Below, in pieces: positions 51,103 to 62,919 of a stretch of DNA of 64,000 bases (position 1 is its first letter; each line of letters starts with the position of its first letter). The notes below the pieces were generated by a model. The model did not search any database and was not told the origin of the DNA. It saw only the letters and a list, made by a program, of their open reading frames with translations. A program made the position numbers and the translations under genes. This DNA is from Dimorphilus gyrociliatus (lineage: Eukaryota; Animalia; Annelida): assembly GCA_904063045.1 (NCBI GenBank), contig CAJFCJ010000002.1, positions 1,696,422 to 1,760,421 on the forward strand, read 5' to 3'.

Positions 51103-51597
51103 AATGTAATTATTAGGGAATTATATAATAATACAGTATCCAAGTTATTGACTGACTTTCATGTAATTTTTATCATCAATATTAATTTTTTTTCTTTTAC
51201 GTTCGTTACGCAATGATTTCCACCAATATCGATGCTAATTTTAGCCCTTTTACTATATGGAAAGAAAAACAGTTTCCATCCACTTAGATCAATTTATCCT
51301 TTCCATTAAGTTTTCTCTTTACGATAAATAGAAATGAGGAGAAGAAGAGGATAAAAAAGAAAGAAAGAGATTTGTTAAACATTGGAGGATTTATCGCTTT
51401 CTTTGTTCGATCAAACACCTGGCCATTTTCAAATTGTTCTGTCGTTTTTTTTTCTTTTTTGTACTTAAGGCGGATTTGACGCTTATCTTCAACTAGGCCT
51501 AATGTACAATTAGGTTTTATCTTTATTGGAGAATATAAAAACAATAATTTTAGAGACTGTATTTATCTATATATTTATTGGCCAAGGTGGAAATACA

Positions 51598-51611
51598 AGC
51601 GCCACCTAGCG
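51598..51611 (+). promoter_or_regulatory. CTCF-like motif AGCGCCACCTAGCG
   Basis: Close match to the CTCF core, about 90 nt upstream of a strong donor (AG|GTAAGT near 51695). Confidence 0.5.
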
Positions 51612-52610
51612 ATATCTCAATCCCGTCACTCTACTGTCAGTTGTTCGACCCGGAATACGTTTGTACCTGCTCGGTTACGTTTATTATTTTATAGGTAAGT
51701 AGGAATTTGATATAAGGGATTTTAATGGGATTTGAATAGAATAAAGGGTATTAATTAATCGATACAATTGATATTAGCTATGGTTTGAAAGTTATCGCTG
51801 TTTTTCCATGATTGACGCTTTTCATATATAGTTTACAAATATTTTCCATTAGCGCTTATAGTAACAATCCCCAAACAGATTAGATGATTTAATTGTGTAT
51901 GATCACCTATAGAGGAGCTGCAATGAGAAAAGAAGAGTGGGAAATTATAAATTAGGCTTGAAATGCCATTTAATGTATTTAAATAGTATTGACGTTTGAA
52001 AGGAAACGGAATAATAAAATATTATGCTTGTCCCTTTGGAAGAGCTAGTTATCTTCGATGTCATATCAATTCATTAAGTCTAATTGTTTTTTCTATGACA
52101 ATGTTGACCGGTTAGTTTGACAGGAGTATTTCCAAAGGGGCGTTAAAATCCCCTTGACAATCCATTAAAATAGGAAAAGAAATCGACTAAAATTGGTTTG
52201 ACGCCAAAATTTAATATCGTAAATCGATTCTCTTTTTTTCTTTTGGTGTCATCGACAGCAACGGTCATTCTGATTGACAACTAAGGGAAAAGAATCGAAC
52301 AATTTATGAAATTGCAGATTTTTAAACCATTTCATTCGTATTCATCAGAGTTTGCAACTGTTTTCTTTTTGCTCATATAGACTTGCGGCGGAATTTTTTA
52401 AACGAATATATTATTTAGCCCGCAGCGTCTAGTTTATTAATTCTTCGAGACGTTAGGCCAAAAATCGGCGACGCTCTTTCTTTCAACTGTAAATATCAAA
52501 ATTGCCCCCTATTCCTTTAACCCCGTATATACGTATAGGCCGTCTTTGTCCTTAGGGAAAACTGTCCAGTAAAAGTGACATCTAATATTACGAGATAAAA
52601 TTTATAGTTC

Positions 52611-52624
52611 GGCGACATCTAGCG
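52611..52624 (+). promoter_or_regulatory. CTCF-like motif GGCGACATCTAGCG
   Basis: Variant of the same core about 100 nt upstream of the orphan ORF. Confidence 0.4.
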
Positions 52625-52705
52625 TGAGAACGTAGGATAACTAACAAAACACTTCTGTGGATCGCAGCTGCTCATCCTTTCTTATTTTATTCGTAATGAT
52701 TCTTA

Positions 52706-53431
52706 ATGTCTTACAGAATCCGCTATGAGATGAGCCATACGAAATTAAAAGGCGCGTACGGACTGCCTACTGCAGTCATTCAACTACTCAATCAATTGAC
52801 ACCTCACAGTGACGCCTTGAAATGGCAAGTGAGTGGTGGAAATGGAAAGGTGATGCTCACGTTAACTTGGGATTGGCGAACCAGTAAGAAAACGTCCATT
52901 TGGGAAAAAGTTCAGAGAACCCTGAAAATCAGCAAGGATCCATCGCCAAGCCCTACTTCATTTGATTTATCACCATACCGACCAAAAAGATCAAAAAGTT
53001 TCAGGACAGCTCAGAGAAACGGGTATTCATCCCTCAACGGAGGTTTCAGCCCTAGTCAATCACCAGCAAAGAAAACTAGTACGCCAACATCTACTCCTGT
53101 AAAATTGGAAAATCCTATTAGCCCCGTAAAACGCTCCGACTCGCACTTGAATAAGCCAGTAAAAATCTCCTATAGAACCGAGGAGGATGTGCAAAAATCG
53201 TTAGAGGATCTTCATGATGCTGTTCGTGTGAAAACTCGACAAGAGTTAGAAGAGATGCGTCAAGAATGGAATAAATCCATGAGGAACTCCCTTCTCCCAG
53301 TTTGTGATGATAACGATTCAGATTCCAGTGATTCTTCTTCTTGCCAAATTCGAATAGACGGCGCCGCCATGCATAGTTATTTGGACGCTTGCGAGAGAAT
53401 ATTGACGTCCGGCGAAACGTTGATTATCTAG
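52706..53431 (+). CDS. Uncharacterised protein, single coding exon, ~233-241 aa
   Basis: 241 stop-free codons with elevated GC. Compact N-terminal motif GLPTAVIQLLNQL...LKWQVSGGNGKVMLTLTW, an S/P-rich middle and a short coiled coil. A TTACAG acceptor at ~52716 suggests ATG 52730 is the true start. Confidence 0.8.
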   Translation: MSYRIRYEMSHTKLKGAYGLPTAVIQLLNQLTPHSDALKWQVSGGNGKVMLTLTWDWRTSKKTSIWEKVQRTLKISKDPSPSPTSFDLSPYRPKRSKSFRTAQRNGYSSLNGGFSPSQSPAKKTSTPTSTPVKLENPISPVKRSDSHLNKPVKISYRTEEDVQKSLEDLHDAVRVKTRQELEEMRQEWNKSMRNSLLPVCDDNDSDSSDSSSCQIRIDGAAMHSYLDACERILTSGETLII

Positions 53432-53625
53432 TATTTGCGTTTCTTTTCAGTCTACATAGTTGAGTAGTGTAGAATTTTCTAACACGTCAAAAAAACAGTG
53501 GACGGAAGTATATTCTTGTTGAAAGTTATAAATAAACAAACAAGTAACGCATATAAAAAAAAATTGAAAAAAAAATCCAACAAAACAATGAGTGTGAACA
53601 AATGACAAGTTACCGGCGTTTGCTT

Positions 53626-55377
53626 TTATGTTATCAGCCAAACACGCAAACCGCATAACACCACTGGTTGAGATAAAATATCATTTTCGAGAGTAATGTG
53701 ACCTCCAAAAGAACGCTCTTCTCTTATTTCGAATGACTGAAGTGGAATAGCGTCAGGTCGATCTTCTTTAAAGACTTGTACCATATAAAGTTTCTCAATA
53801 TTCCTAGTTTTTAAAAAATAACGTCGGCTATAAAGTTTATTATCTTCTCGATTAGGTAGCCAAAGAATATTCTCTTCATCAGCTTTATTGTCGATTATCG
53901 TAATTTTACCAAATGCTGAAATTTCCATTCGAATATCCCTAGAAAATTTAACAATCAATAGTGTTTCGTCTGCCTTTGACAACCGATTTAAAACGATTAG
54001 CGTAAAATTGAAAACAGGATATTTTGCCGCTGAATAAGATATATCGATTTGAGATCTGGAAAAAAAAAACGAATATATATTGCTTTGTTTATATTTAATA
54101 TAGTTCGTTAAGAGTATTAAATTAATACTTATGCAAAATAACGCAATAATCCGATTTCCATTGAACTGATTGTCCAAAATCTACGTTGACATTTTTGAAA
54201 TTCATTTTGAAATTGCTAGCCTGGCGTAAAAGATCAGAGGAATTCCGTCGTTTCTTGTTAAATAGAACTGTCTCCTCTTTAAATACCAAGCGGTCATTCG
54301 ATAGAAATTCGCTTAGGTCGTCTTTTCGAGGATAAGAGGGTAAAATAAATAAGGTGTTTGTAACTCGGTGGAACCAGTTTATTGACAATAAAGCTTCCAT
54401 CGATTCAATTAGTGAATGTTCAAATTGAGACTGTATTTCGAAGAGAAAATGTTCTATTTTCCAGACATCCTGTTACAGTTTTAAAGAATTACTTTTACGA
54501 ATAACTTAATTTGTAACTTACTTTAACTTCATTCATAAATTTGCGAATGTAATAAACAGCATTCCAATTCAATTCATCAGCTTTCGAAGTTTTAAGACTC
54601 AACACCAAGCCATCAACATTTGGTAAAATCTCACTATATTCGTTTAACTCATCTAAACTTAAGGAATTCTGGACGTTTGGAAGAACGTAATGTATGAGCA
54701 TCTTCAGTCTGCCTTTCATCTAGTTGTGTGTAAGGAAGCAAAGCTTATTCATTAATTATTAATCTATCAACCGTTAATTAATCCTTACAGAATCTTTGTA
54801 AGATGATAAGGTTTTCTTAGTTTTTGGTAAATCATTCTTAGTAATCGAGAGTAAAATAGCATTTTTGACGTTATCATCCTGAGAATTTTCCAGTGATTGC
54901 AACAAAGCGGAAAGCGAATGACTAAACGCGTCGCCAAGGGACGCATTCATGTGGTAAATATAAGATATTTTGGGATCAGCTGTAAAATGAAAGAATAAAT
55001 CATGTATTTCTAAAACGATTTGAGATAGATACTGTTTATAAATTTTCCTGTAGCTGTGTTTGCGTTGCTAACCCACTTGATTGTCTTCTGAGATTCAAAT
55101 AATGTTTTCATATTTTCGTCAGACTTGTCTGAAAAATAGGGAAATATTCTCCAATCGTTAAATATAAAAGTAATATTGGAACTTACCCCCTCTCACAATT
55201 TTTAGAATGTTAGATGGCCCGACACTTTTGATACTTTCCAAAGTTGGTACTAAAAGAACGAAACGAATTAAAGAATCCCTCAAAATCTGGGTATAGCAAC
55301 TACTAACCACCGAATAATTCAAACCAAAAAAGGACAAGAAGCCCAAAAATCACCCATTGAATTATGATAAATTTCAT
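53626..55377 (-). CDS. Degenerate FAM151/menorin-like protein with beta-rich C-terminal domain; first exon apparently frameshifted
   Basis: Exons chain in phase from ~55180 to 53626. KWVSNANT, NAILLSIT, RLKMLIHYVLPN, GLVLSLKTS...LNWNAV, TNTLFIL and ETVLFN follow the order of FAM151 motifs as remembered. Coding status is firm; the family call is tentative. Confidence 0.5.
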
Positions 55378-55788
55378 AATATGCTTGGGTCCATGTCTAT
55401 AGCCTAATGTTGATAACTGTATAAAAGGCTTCAAGGAGATATCTGTTGGTTTATCAGTCCATAATTTGTTCATGTTTGAAGCGGGAAAATATTTTTAATA
55501 AAAATTCTCGAATAAAATTCAATTAAAAATATTTTCCAAATATATATTGTATAAAATAAATATTTTTTTAAAACTATTCTCTACTAAAAGATTTTGTTAG
55601 AGAAAATTTTTTGAAAGCAAAGAAGTATGGGCGATAGTAGGGCCTTTTAGTAGGGAATCATCTTTCCAGAGTATTAAGATATCTTAGCACGATAGTAACT
55701 GTTATGAGATGTTAATAAACCAGCTAATTTAAATATATAACTGGTGAATTTGTATTTATTTTAGAAGTACTTGCAGCTGTTTAAAAAA

Positions 55789-58700
55789 ATGGATAATGTT
55801 ACAAATATTGAATCAATAGAAAGGGTAAGTAATAAATATATACTTCCCGCCTGTTAGGTCCATAGGAAAAAGCTAAATGACTTGTTTATCAGGCGATAAG
55901 TGAATTATACAACGGTTCAACCGAGCAAAGATCTCTTGCCAATCAATGGCTCATTCAAGTTCAACTATCGCCTGACGCGTGGAAGTTTTGTTGGAAATTG
56001 CTTGATTTTGAAAAAGTTAGTTGTGAAATATTACCTTTTGCTTTAGTGAACTTTGCAATATAAATATTATTTTATAGGCTTTTGAAGTCCAGTTTTTTGG
56101 TGCCTGCACTCTTTATGTCAAAATATCAAAATTTTGGTTTGTCTTTAATCACAGAAAGTAATAATAGCGTTTAATATTTGCTTCAAAATAGGGGAGAACT
56201 GAATAGTGACTCCGAAGAAAATCATGAAATTATTGAACAACTCAGACTTAAACTTTTCGATATCGTTGTTAAGTATTCTCAATCGAATGGTTTAAAAGCT
56301 GTAGCTGGGAGATTAACTGTGGCTTTTTCATCTTTTATATTACATTCCGTTACGAACATATGGAAAACAGCAATAGACGAAATATTTGCGAATTTAGGTA
56401 GATGTTTAGAAGTTTTCATTCAACATGATAAAGTAAATATTTAACTTCTTTTGTTTTTTTCTTTTTAGCAACCTTTCAAAATGAAACAATGAATCGGCTA
56501 TTTCTTGAAATTCTTACTTCTCTTCCAGAAGAATTAAATAATGGAAGTTTTATGAATAGAGTAGACGTTATATCTGTTTTAAGACAGCATAGCGATAGAA
56601 GTAAATAAAATTACAACTAAAAATCATTTATATACTTTCATTACTCCTAACAGTATTTAATTTACTGTCAACTCTTTTGAACTCTTCTGATAATCAATTT
56701 GGTGCTACTCAAGCTTTGAAATGCTTTTCTTCGTGGATCACCATATCACTACCTTTACAACAAATTGCACCTACAGTAGTTGAAATATTCAAATTTTTAT
56801 TTGATATAACTACATTTGATGCTGCTGTGGAAACTTTATGTAATATATTTAGTCATGGAGAAGTATCCACCTATAAAAATACTATATATGAATTTTTCTT
56901 TCCAAAATTGGTAAGAAAATTTATTATTACTTTTTAATATGAAAGAAAAAATATATCTCGCTTTATATATATATATATATTTATACACTACTTCGTACAG
57001 GACGAACTTTTCTCTCTGATTGTATCTGCACAACAAAACAACGACAGTGATACTTGCCATGGTTTAACGAGGATAATAACTACATTAGCTGATTCGAGTA
57101 TATCCATTATTAAGTCATGCGCTGCATCCGGCGAAGAAGCTAGAATACAAAGAGTGGCTAAATTTCTTGAATTGGTTTTAGTAAGTGCTCTTATTAAATA
57201 TATATTAATTAATAATTTGATTTTTAACGTTTGGAAAACAAAAATCTTTATATTTCTTTTCTTTTATTTTTTAGCAATGCAGTCGCATGCCGGGTTTTTA
57301 TCCAATAGATGAACAAAGTTCTGATATGCCTTTTACATTTTGGTATAATTTACAAGACGAAATATGGAATCTTTCCGCTCAAGAGAGAACACCTGAAGTG
57401 ATGTCATTTTTTCAGGGATATTATTTTCAATTGGTCGATGTTATTCTCGTCAAAACCGTCCTTCCTCCTAAAAAGGTTATGGACACATGGGGTTCTGATG
57501 AGATGGAGGGTAGCCGATGTTACCGACAAGACGTGGGAGATGTTGTAATGTATATGTATAACGTTCTTCATACTCAACTTCTAAAGCATATTTGTGAACG
57601 ACTATCTACATTTCTTCAAAATACCGACACATCTATACAATATATAGAGGCAGCATTGTTCCTATTGCGCAGCGTAGCTGATGCAGTTGATTTGGAGGAA
57701 ACTACTTATATTCCAGCTGTTTTCGAACTATTACCTAGATTACCGCAAGAAGACTGTCTCATTCAGCAATCGTTATTTGTTATTAGCTCATTTGCAGAAT
57801 GGTTGTCCAATCATCCAGATATTTTGTATCCACTTAAAGCGCTCCTTATACGAGGTTTAATTGCAAAGGAAACTGCATTACCTGCCTCCCTGGCTCTTAA
57901 GGAAATTTTAAGAGAGCATCAACATTGCGCTCACGAATATGCTGAAGATGTTTTACAAGCCATCTTCGAAGTTTTTCAAGCGAACAGTGTTGGTGTTCGA
58001 GAGCAGAATAGATTAGCTAGTTGTGCTGCCTTGATAATCGCCGTTCTTCCTTTTGATGACGCTAGACGTTGCGCTGATACAGTTCTCTCACCAAAATTTC
58101 TCGAATTTCAGGTGGCTGCATCTAGTCCAAATAAGTATGCTTTGGCTGTTAATGTACTGAACATTTTTAGTGGATTCTTTTACTTTTTGAACGTTTATAC
58201 AAGTGAAGAGTTACCGCATTCGCCAAAAAATGGTGAACTAGTAATTGAATTAGTTAGCAAGCTACTGCCATCGCTGAAGGTGGCTTTAGAAACCCACCAA
58301 GCCAGAGAGGAAATTGTACAAGCGACCTGCACACTCTTTAAAAGAGCTATAAGGTCATCCCTAAACGACTTTTCGGCTCTCTTTTCTGATACGACTTCTC
58401 TAATAATTCAACTATATCCTGTGAAACCACATGCTTCCGTCCTAGATCTGTCTAGTCAACTATTAACTTTAATGGTTTCGGACGAGGGTAATTATCGAGA
58501 AATGGCTCAGAGAACGTTTTGCGAGATCTGTTCATATTCGTTAAAGTTATTTGAAGGAACAATTGATCCTGATATCGCCGAAGCTTTTATGTCCTTTCTT
58601 GGGCTTTTAGTTCGAAGATCGACAGATCTGTTTTTGACTATTAATAATAAAACACTGATGGAGGCAGCTATTTTCTGCGCCAGTGCAAAAGAATCTGGAA

Positions 58701-59168
58701 CTGTAAAGCAAGCTTGCTTTTTTTTAACAAATTTTATTTCGGCCCCCCATCGTCTGAATTCACCCAACCATCCAGTGAGACAGGCTGTCGGAGAATATGG
58801 TCGACGGCTTGTCAACGTAATGATAGGTGGAATTGCTGGAAATTCTCCTAGAATTGTTGTAGATTCATTTGCAGAAGTTATAACTGCTTTAAACAAATAT
58901 GAGATTACTTTACATAGCGCCTGGTTAAAAGCCGCGTGCGAAGAGTATGATTTAGTTGATAAAGCGATCTTTGCTTCAAGAATATTACGGTAAATAATAG
59001 AGTATCTTTTAAGAAACATTTAATTTCTAAAGCAATAATTTTAATTATCGCAGAGAAAAGAATAATAGAAGGCGTATCGCCGAAATCGTACAAGAATATA
59101 CATTAAAGTGGCGAGGCCTAATGTCAACAGAGTATGGAAGGCAAACAGCAATGCTGGCTCTATCTTAG
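55789..59168 (+). CDS. IPO13: Importin-13, multi-exon
   Basis: AISELY...ANQWLIQVQLSPDAWKFCWKLL, EVQFFGACTLYVKISKFW, LEILTSLPEE, PGFYPIDEQSSDMPFTFWYNLQDEI, CYRQDVGD, RRRIAEIVQEYTLKWRGL. Confidence 0.93.
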
Positions 59169-59565
59169 GATCAAAGCAATTTACCATACCAGATTCATGT
59201 TCATATATTTATTATATCTTTTCTAATAACGCAAACTGTTGAAAAATCAATAAATGTTGAAAACAAGCTCAAGCCTTTTTACAATTCAGGCATATCTATA
59301 TCGTTAAGGTCATACGGAAAATGAATATTCTGTACAAGCCATTTTTTAAACCACAAAAAAATGAATATACATAAACGGGTCAAATCATTTATTCAAACTA
59401 AGGAGAAAAAAGGGTGGGGAATGCGAATATGGTTGATATAACAAGCTGGTTGCTCGGAGTTAAATATTCAATACAAATCTCTTTTTCTTATGCAAATAAA
59501 TAGGTAGCTCAAATAAAAAAAAACTATATATTAGAATATATATAAACATATCATTTTTTTTCAAG

Positions 59566-59919
59566 ATGGCTGTAAACAATGACTGGACACATAGTTTATT
59601 TGATTTTTCTAAAATTGATAATCGTCTTTGTCTTTTAACGATATTCTTTCCATGCTTTTTACAAGGTAAAAATGCGGAGGCTATTGGCTATAACCGGAAG
59701 GTATGCTTCACAGCCATTTTGGTCCCTATATTGAATTGTTACGCCCTTACAACAACAAGAAAGAAGTTAAGAAAAATTCGAGAAATAAAAGGCACTATAT
59801 CAAAAGATTATCTTTTATCATTGTTCTGCTGTTATTGTAGCTTGATTCAGCAAACTAAAGAAATTGAATTGATGAAAGAAGAAGATTACGTTAGAAATCA
59901 AACAATGGAGCGTTTATGA
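59566..59919 (+). CDS. PLAC8/cornifelin-family protein (paralogue 1)
   Basis: WTHSLFD, PCFLQGKNAEAIG, TRKKLRKIREIKGTISKDYLLSLFCCYCSLIQ. Confidence 0.85.
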   Translation: MAVNNDWTHSLFDFSKIDNRLCLLTIFFPCFLQGKNAEAIGYNRKVCFTAILVPILNCYALTTTRKKLRKIREIKGTISKDYLLSLFCCYCSLIQQTKEIELMKEEDYVRNQTMERL

Positions 59920-60658
59920 AATAAATATTATCCCGTTAACTTATTTCTTTCATCGCTAATACTCATAATTAATTATTCATAATTCTAATTTTTCAATATG
60001 GTGCTTTCCCCTTCCCTCCCTCCCTCCCTCTTCCTGCTCCAGCTCCTTCTAGACGATATATAAGATATACTTGTACATACGCTTTCATATTTAATAATTA
60101 TGCAGTAAAATTTACAGTTTTAATAATTCAACTTTCTGTTTCATTGTTGAAATAAAATGTTACAAGGCTTCTGTTAGCTTCTCCATTATTTAATCGGTAA
60201 TAAAGCCTATTAATTGCTATAATATAACAACAAGAATATAAGATAATACACACGTCTAATAAAACGCGATATATATTCATTTACAATATATTTAAAATTA
60301 TAAATAACTTAACATTTTATCGTTCAAAGGTAAATAATAGAAAATTTGAAATTTTGTAAGGAATAAAGATCTGAAAGGGGCCAAAATTTTTGTTTTCTAT
60401 AGTAAGAAAATACTCGCTTCGTATAGTCCTATATCGGCCATAAATGTACGAAGAATTTATTTAGCGCAACATTATACTGTATAATATAGTATATAATAAG
60501 CAATAGCTGTTAACAGTAAAACAAAGATCAACTTTTTCTAGGTTACGCGTACTATATTTAAGTTAAAATTCTCTTTCCATTGTTTGCAAATTATCCTTGG
60601 TAAATAATTGAAAAGTTTATAACTCTCTGTAAATAATAGTAACCCAGATATAAGGTAG

Positions 60659-60684
<26 letters not shown>
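60659..60684. repeat. (GA)n microsatellite
   Basis: About 13 GA units; a second (GA)n tract lies at ~60807-60828. Confidence 0.9.
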
Positions 60685-60689
<5 letters not shown>

Positions 60690-61478
60690 GTAAGAAGTGT
60701 GAGTAAGAGGTAGATAGACAGATAGGCGGGCAGTATACATCTGTCTGTACGTGTATGTGTGTGAAGATGTACCCGCAAGCGCGAAGTAGATAGGCTTGCC
60801 ACAATTGAGAGAGAGAGAGAGAGAGAGAGCTGAATAGTGGATATGTATAAAGTATATTTCGGCCTTACACCTTACACACAATATCTTTGTATAAATTTAT
60901 ACAAAGAGATAGATAGCGAAATATAGAAAAAGTTTTTATATTAGACACTTTAACATACTTTAAAAACCTAAGGAAACTTTTCAAGAGTATAAAAGAAAAA
61001 CTATAAATAGCTTTTTTTATGGGACTATGACGAGCTAGAATAAAGGGTGTGGCATCCGATGAGGCTAAAATTGGGAATTCCACTGTAAATGCTATTGATA
61101 TTCACATCAATAACGCAGTACATAGGGTAACGATGGAATATTTTAAACAGATTATTGAATATATATTTTAGATCAATATAAGAATATAAGCGAAGTAGGA
61201 GAGCAAGAAACGAAATGGAGAATTGCGGTTAGGCTACACCTTTGATAAAAGTTTGTAGGTGTAGTATTGAAATATCAGTTAAAAATAAAGTTTTGTTGGT
61301 TTGTTGAAGACAGGGTACGGTGTTCTCATCAGATTAAAAGAGAGCTCTATACGTATCGGAAAGGGAGACCATGGTTTAAAAGCTCGCTTCGGGAATTTAA
61401 CCCATTCATCCTATTGACATCAGCCTTTGAGAAGGCGTAGTAGATATTAAAACACGCTTTGGTATCTTGATTTTAAAT

Positions 61479-61826
61479 ATGGCTGGAACAGGAGATTGGC
61501 AAAATGGTTTGTGCGGATGTTTTAACGACATTGGACTCTGCATAATCACTTACTTTGTTCCTTGCTATACCCAAGGAAAAAATGCAGAAGTAGTAGGAGA
61601 GAGCTGCCTGCTTTGTGGTTTATCTCTCATGGTTCCTTTACTCAATATCTATGCTCGCGTAACTACTAGGGGTAAAATAAGAGATCAGAGAGGAATTCCT
61701 GGAGGATGCTGTCACGACTTCCTTTTAGTAATTTTCTGCAGTTTGTGCACTTTGGTCCAAGAAGGACAGGAAGTTAAAGCTATGGGCGGACAAGCCGTTG
61801 ATAATGAAAAGATGGAAAGGGAATAG
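61479..61826 (+). CDS. PLAC8/cornifelin-family protein (paralogue 2)
   Basis: WQNGLCGCFNDIGLCIITYFVPCYTQGKNAE, RGKIRDQRGIPGGCCHDFLLVIFCSLCTLVQE. ATG 61479 (the ORF track starts at a TTG). Confidence 0.92.
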   Translation: MAGTGDWQNGLCGCFNDIGLCIITYFVPCYTQGKNAEVVGESCLLCGLSLMVPLLNIYARVTTRGKIRDQRGIPGGCCHDFLLVIFCSLCTLVQEGQEVKAMGGQAVDNEKMERE

Positions 61827-62156
61827 AATGGAATAACTAACATATATCTTAAAGAAAAGTGGCTATTAGCTTATTCTGTTTTCAACAATTTATATCCTTG
61901 TAATTGAATAGACCTATACTAGAAGAGCGCTTTCTTAGTAGTATAGAATTTTTTAAGAGAAATGCTAAGTTTTCCTGTAGTTTGAAATATTTTATAGTAA
62001 TAAAAAAAAGAAATTTAATAAAATAAATTATCTGCAGCGACAGCTACTTCTATAGTTTTTTTTTAGTTATTTTTATGAATTGTAACATCTGTTACGCACA
62101 AACGCTTTCAATATATGTATATGTATATATACGCCGTATTGTGTACAATATACAGT

Positions 62157-62160
<4 letters not shown>

Positions 62161-62189
<29 letters not shown>
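62161..62189. repeat. (TA)n microsatellite
   Basis: About 14 AT units between PLAC8 paralogues 2 and 3. Confidence 0.95.
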
Positions 62190-62192
<3 letters not shown>

Positions 62193-62287
62193 TCATGTAG
62201 TCTTCATCGCTAAAATACGTGTATATCGACAATTTATAGCGTAATTGCTTCTTCTTTCGCTATAATGAAATTTGTACTCATATCAAC

Positions 62288-62632
62288 ATGACTGAACGAA
62301 TGGGATGGCAGTTTGGACTTTTCTCCTGTTTCGACGATTGGAGTACATCGATTATTACCTACATTGTACCTTGTTATACGGCAGGTAAAAATGGAGAGGC
62401 TGTAGGAGAGAGCTATAAATCTACCGCTTGGCTACAGCTTTTGCCTATAGTCAACTGTGTATTGAATTCAAAAATTCGTGGTAAAATTCGACTCCGATTC
62501 GAAATCCAGGGTAATTTCGGACTGGACTTGTATACGTATATTTACTGTTACTATTGCGCTCTTATTCAAGATTATCGTCAGTTAAATGCAGTTAGGACAA
62601 CGCCTATTCCGCTTAAAATTCAAAGAGTTTAA
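62288..62632 (+). CDS. PLAC8/cornifelin-family protein (paralogue 3)
   Basis: WQFGLFSCFDD, IVPCYTAGKNGEAVGES, RGKIRLRFEIQGNFGLD...CYYCALIQD. Confidence 0.9.
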   Translation: MTERMGWQFGLFSCFDDWSTSIITYIVPCYTAGKNGEAVGESYKSTAWLQLLPIVNCVLNSKIRGKIRLRFEIQGNFGLDLYTYIYCYYCALIQDYRQLNAVRTTPIPLKIQRV

Positions 62633-62919
62633 GCGATATGGCCTGTCGTGTCTCGTATAAACATACACCAACCCACCTGAATTACAATTGTATAAGTTTT
62701 TTTTGTGATGCACTTATAGCAAACGTATGCTATGTTTACATTTTTAGCTTTATAGTTAACTAGATGATTAATCAATTCAAGTGCACATCTGTTTTATTCA
62801 TTTCAAAATTATAAAACCAAGAGTATTCACAACGATTTGTATTTTATTTCTTTTAGGCGAGAAATCGGCTTACTTCGGAATTTTTACATTAAAAAAATAT
62901 CAGCACCAAACGCGAAAAA

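Noticed and set aside
51284-51544. 86-aa ORF with a C-terminal hydrophobic stretch followed by KRK (tail-anchor look)
   Set aside because: It has no ATG start, and the hydrophobic run comes from a low-complexity purine tract read on the opposite strand.
58507-59019. 170-aa minus-strand ORF (also 28266-28553, 41101-41376, 44412-44612, 24916-25173, 9182-9379)
   Set aside because: Antisense shadows of well-supported coding exons, with no recognisable motifs of their own.
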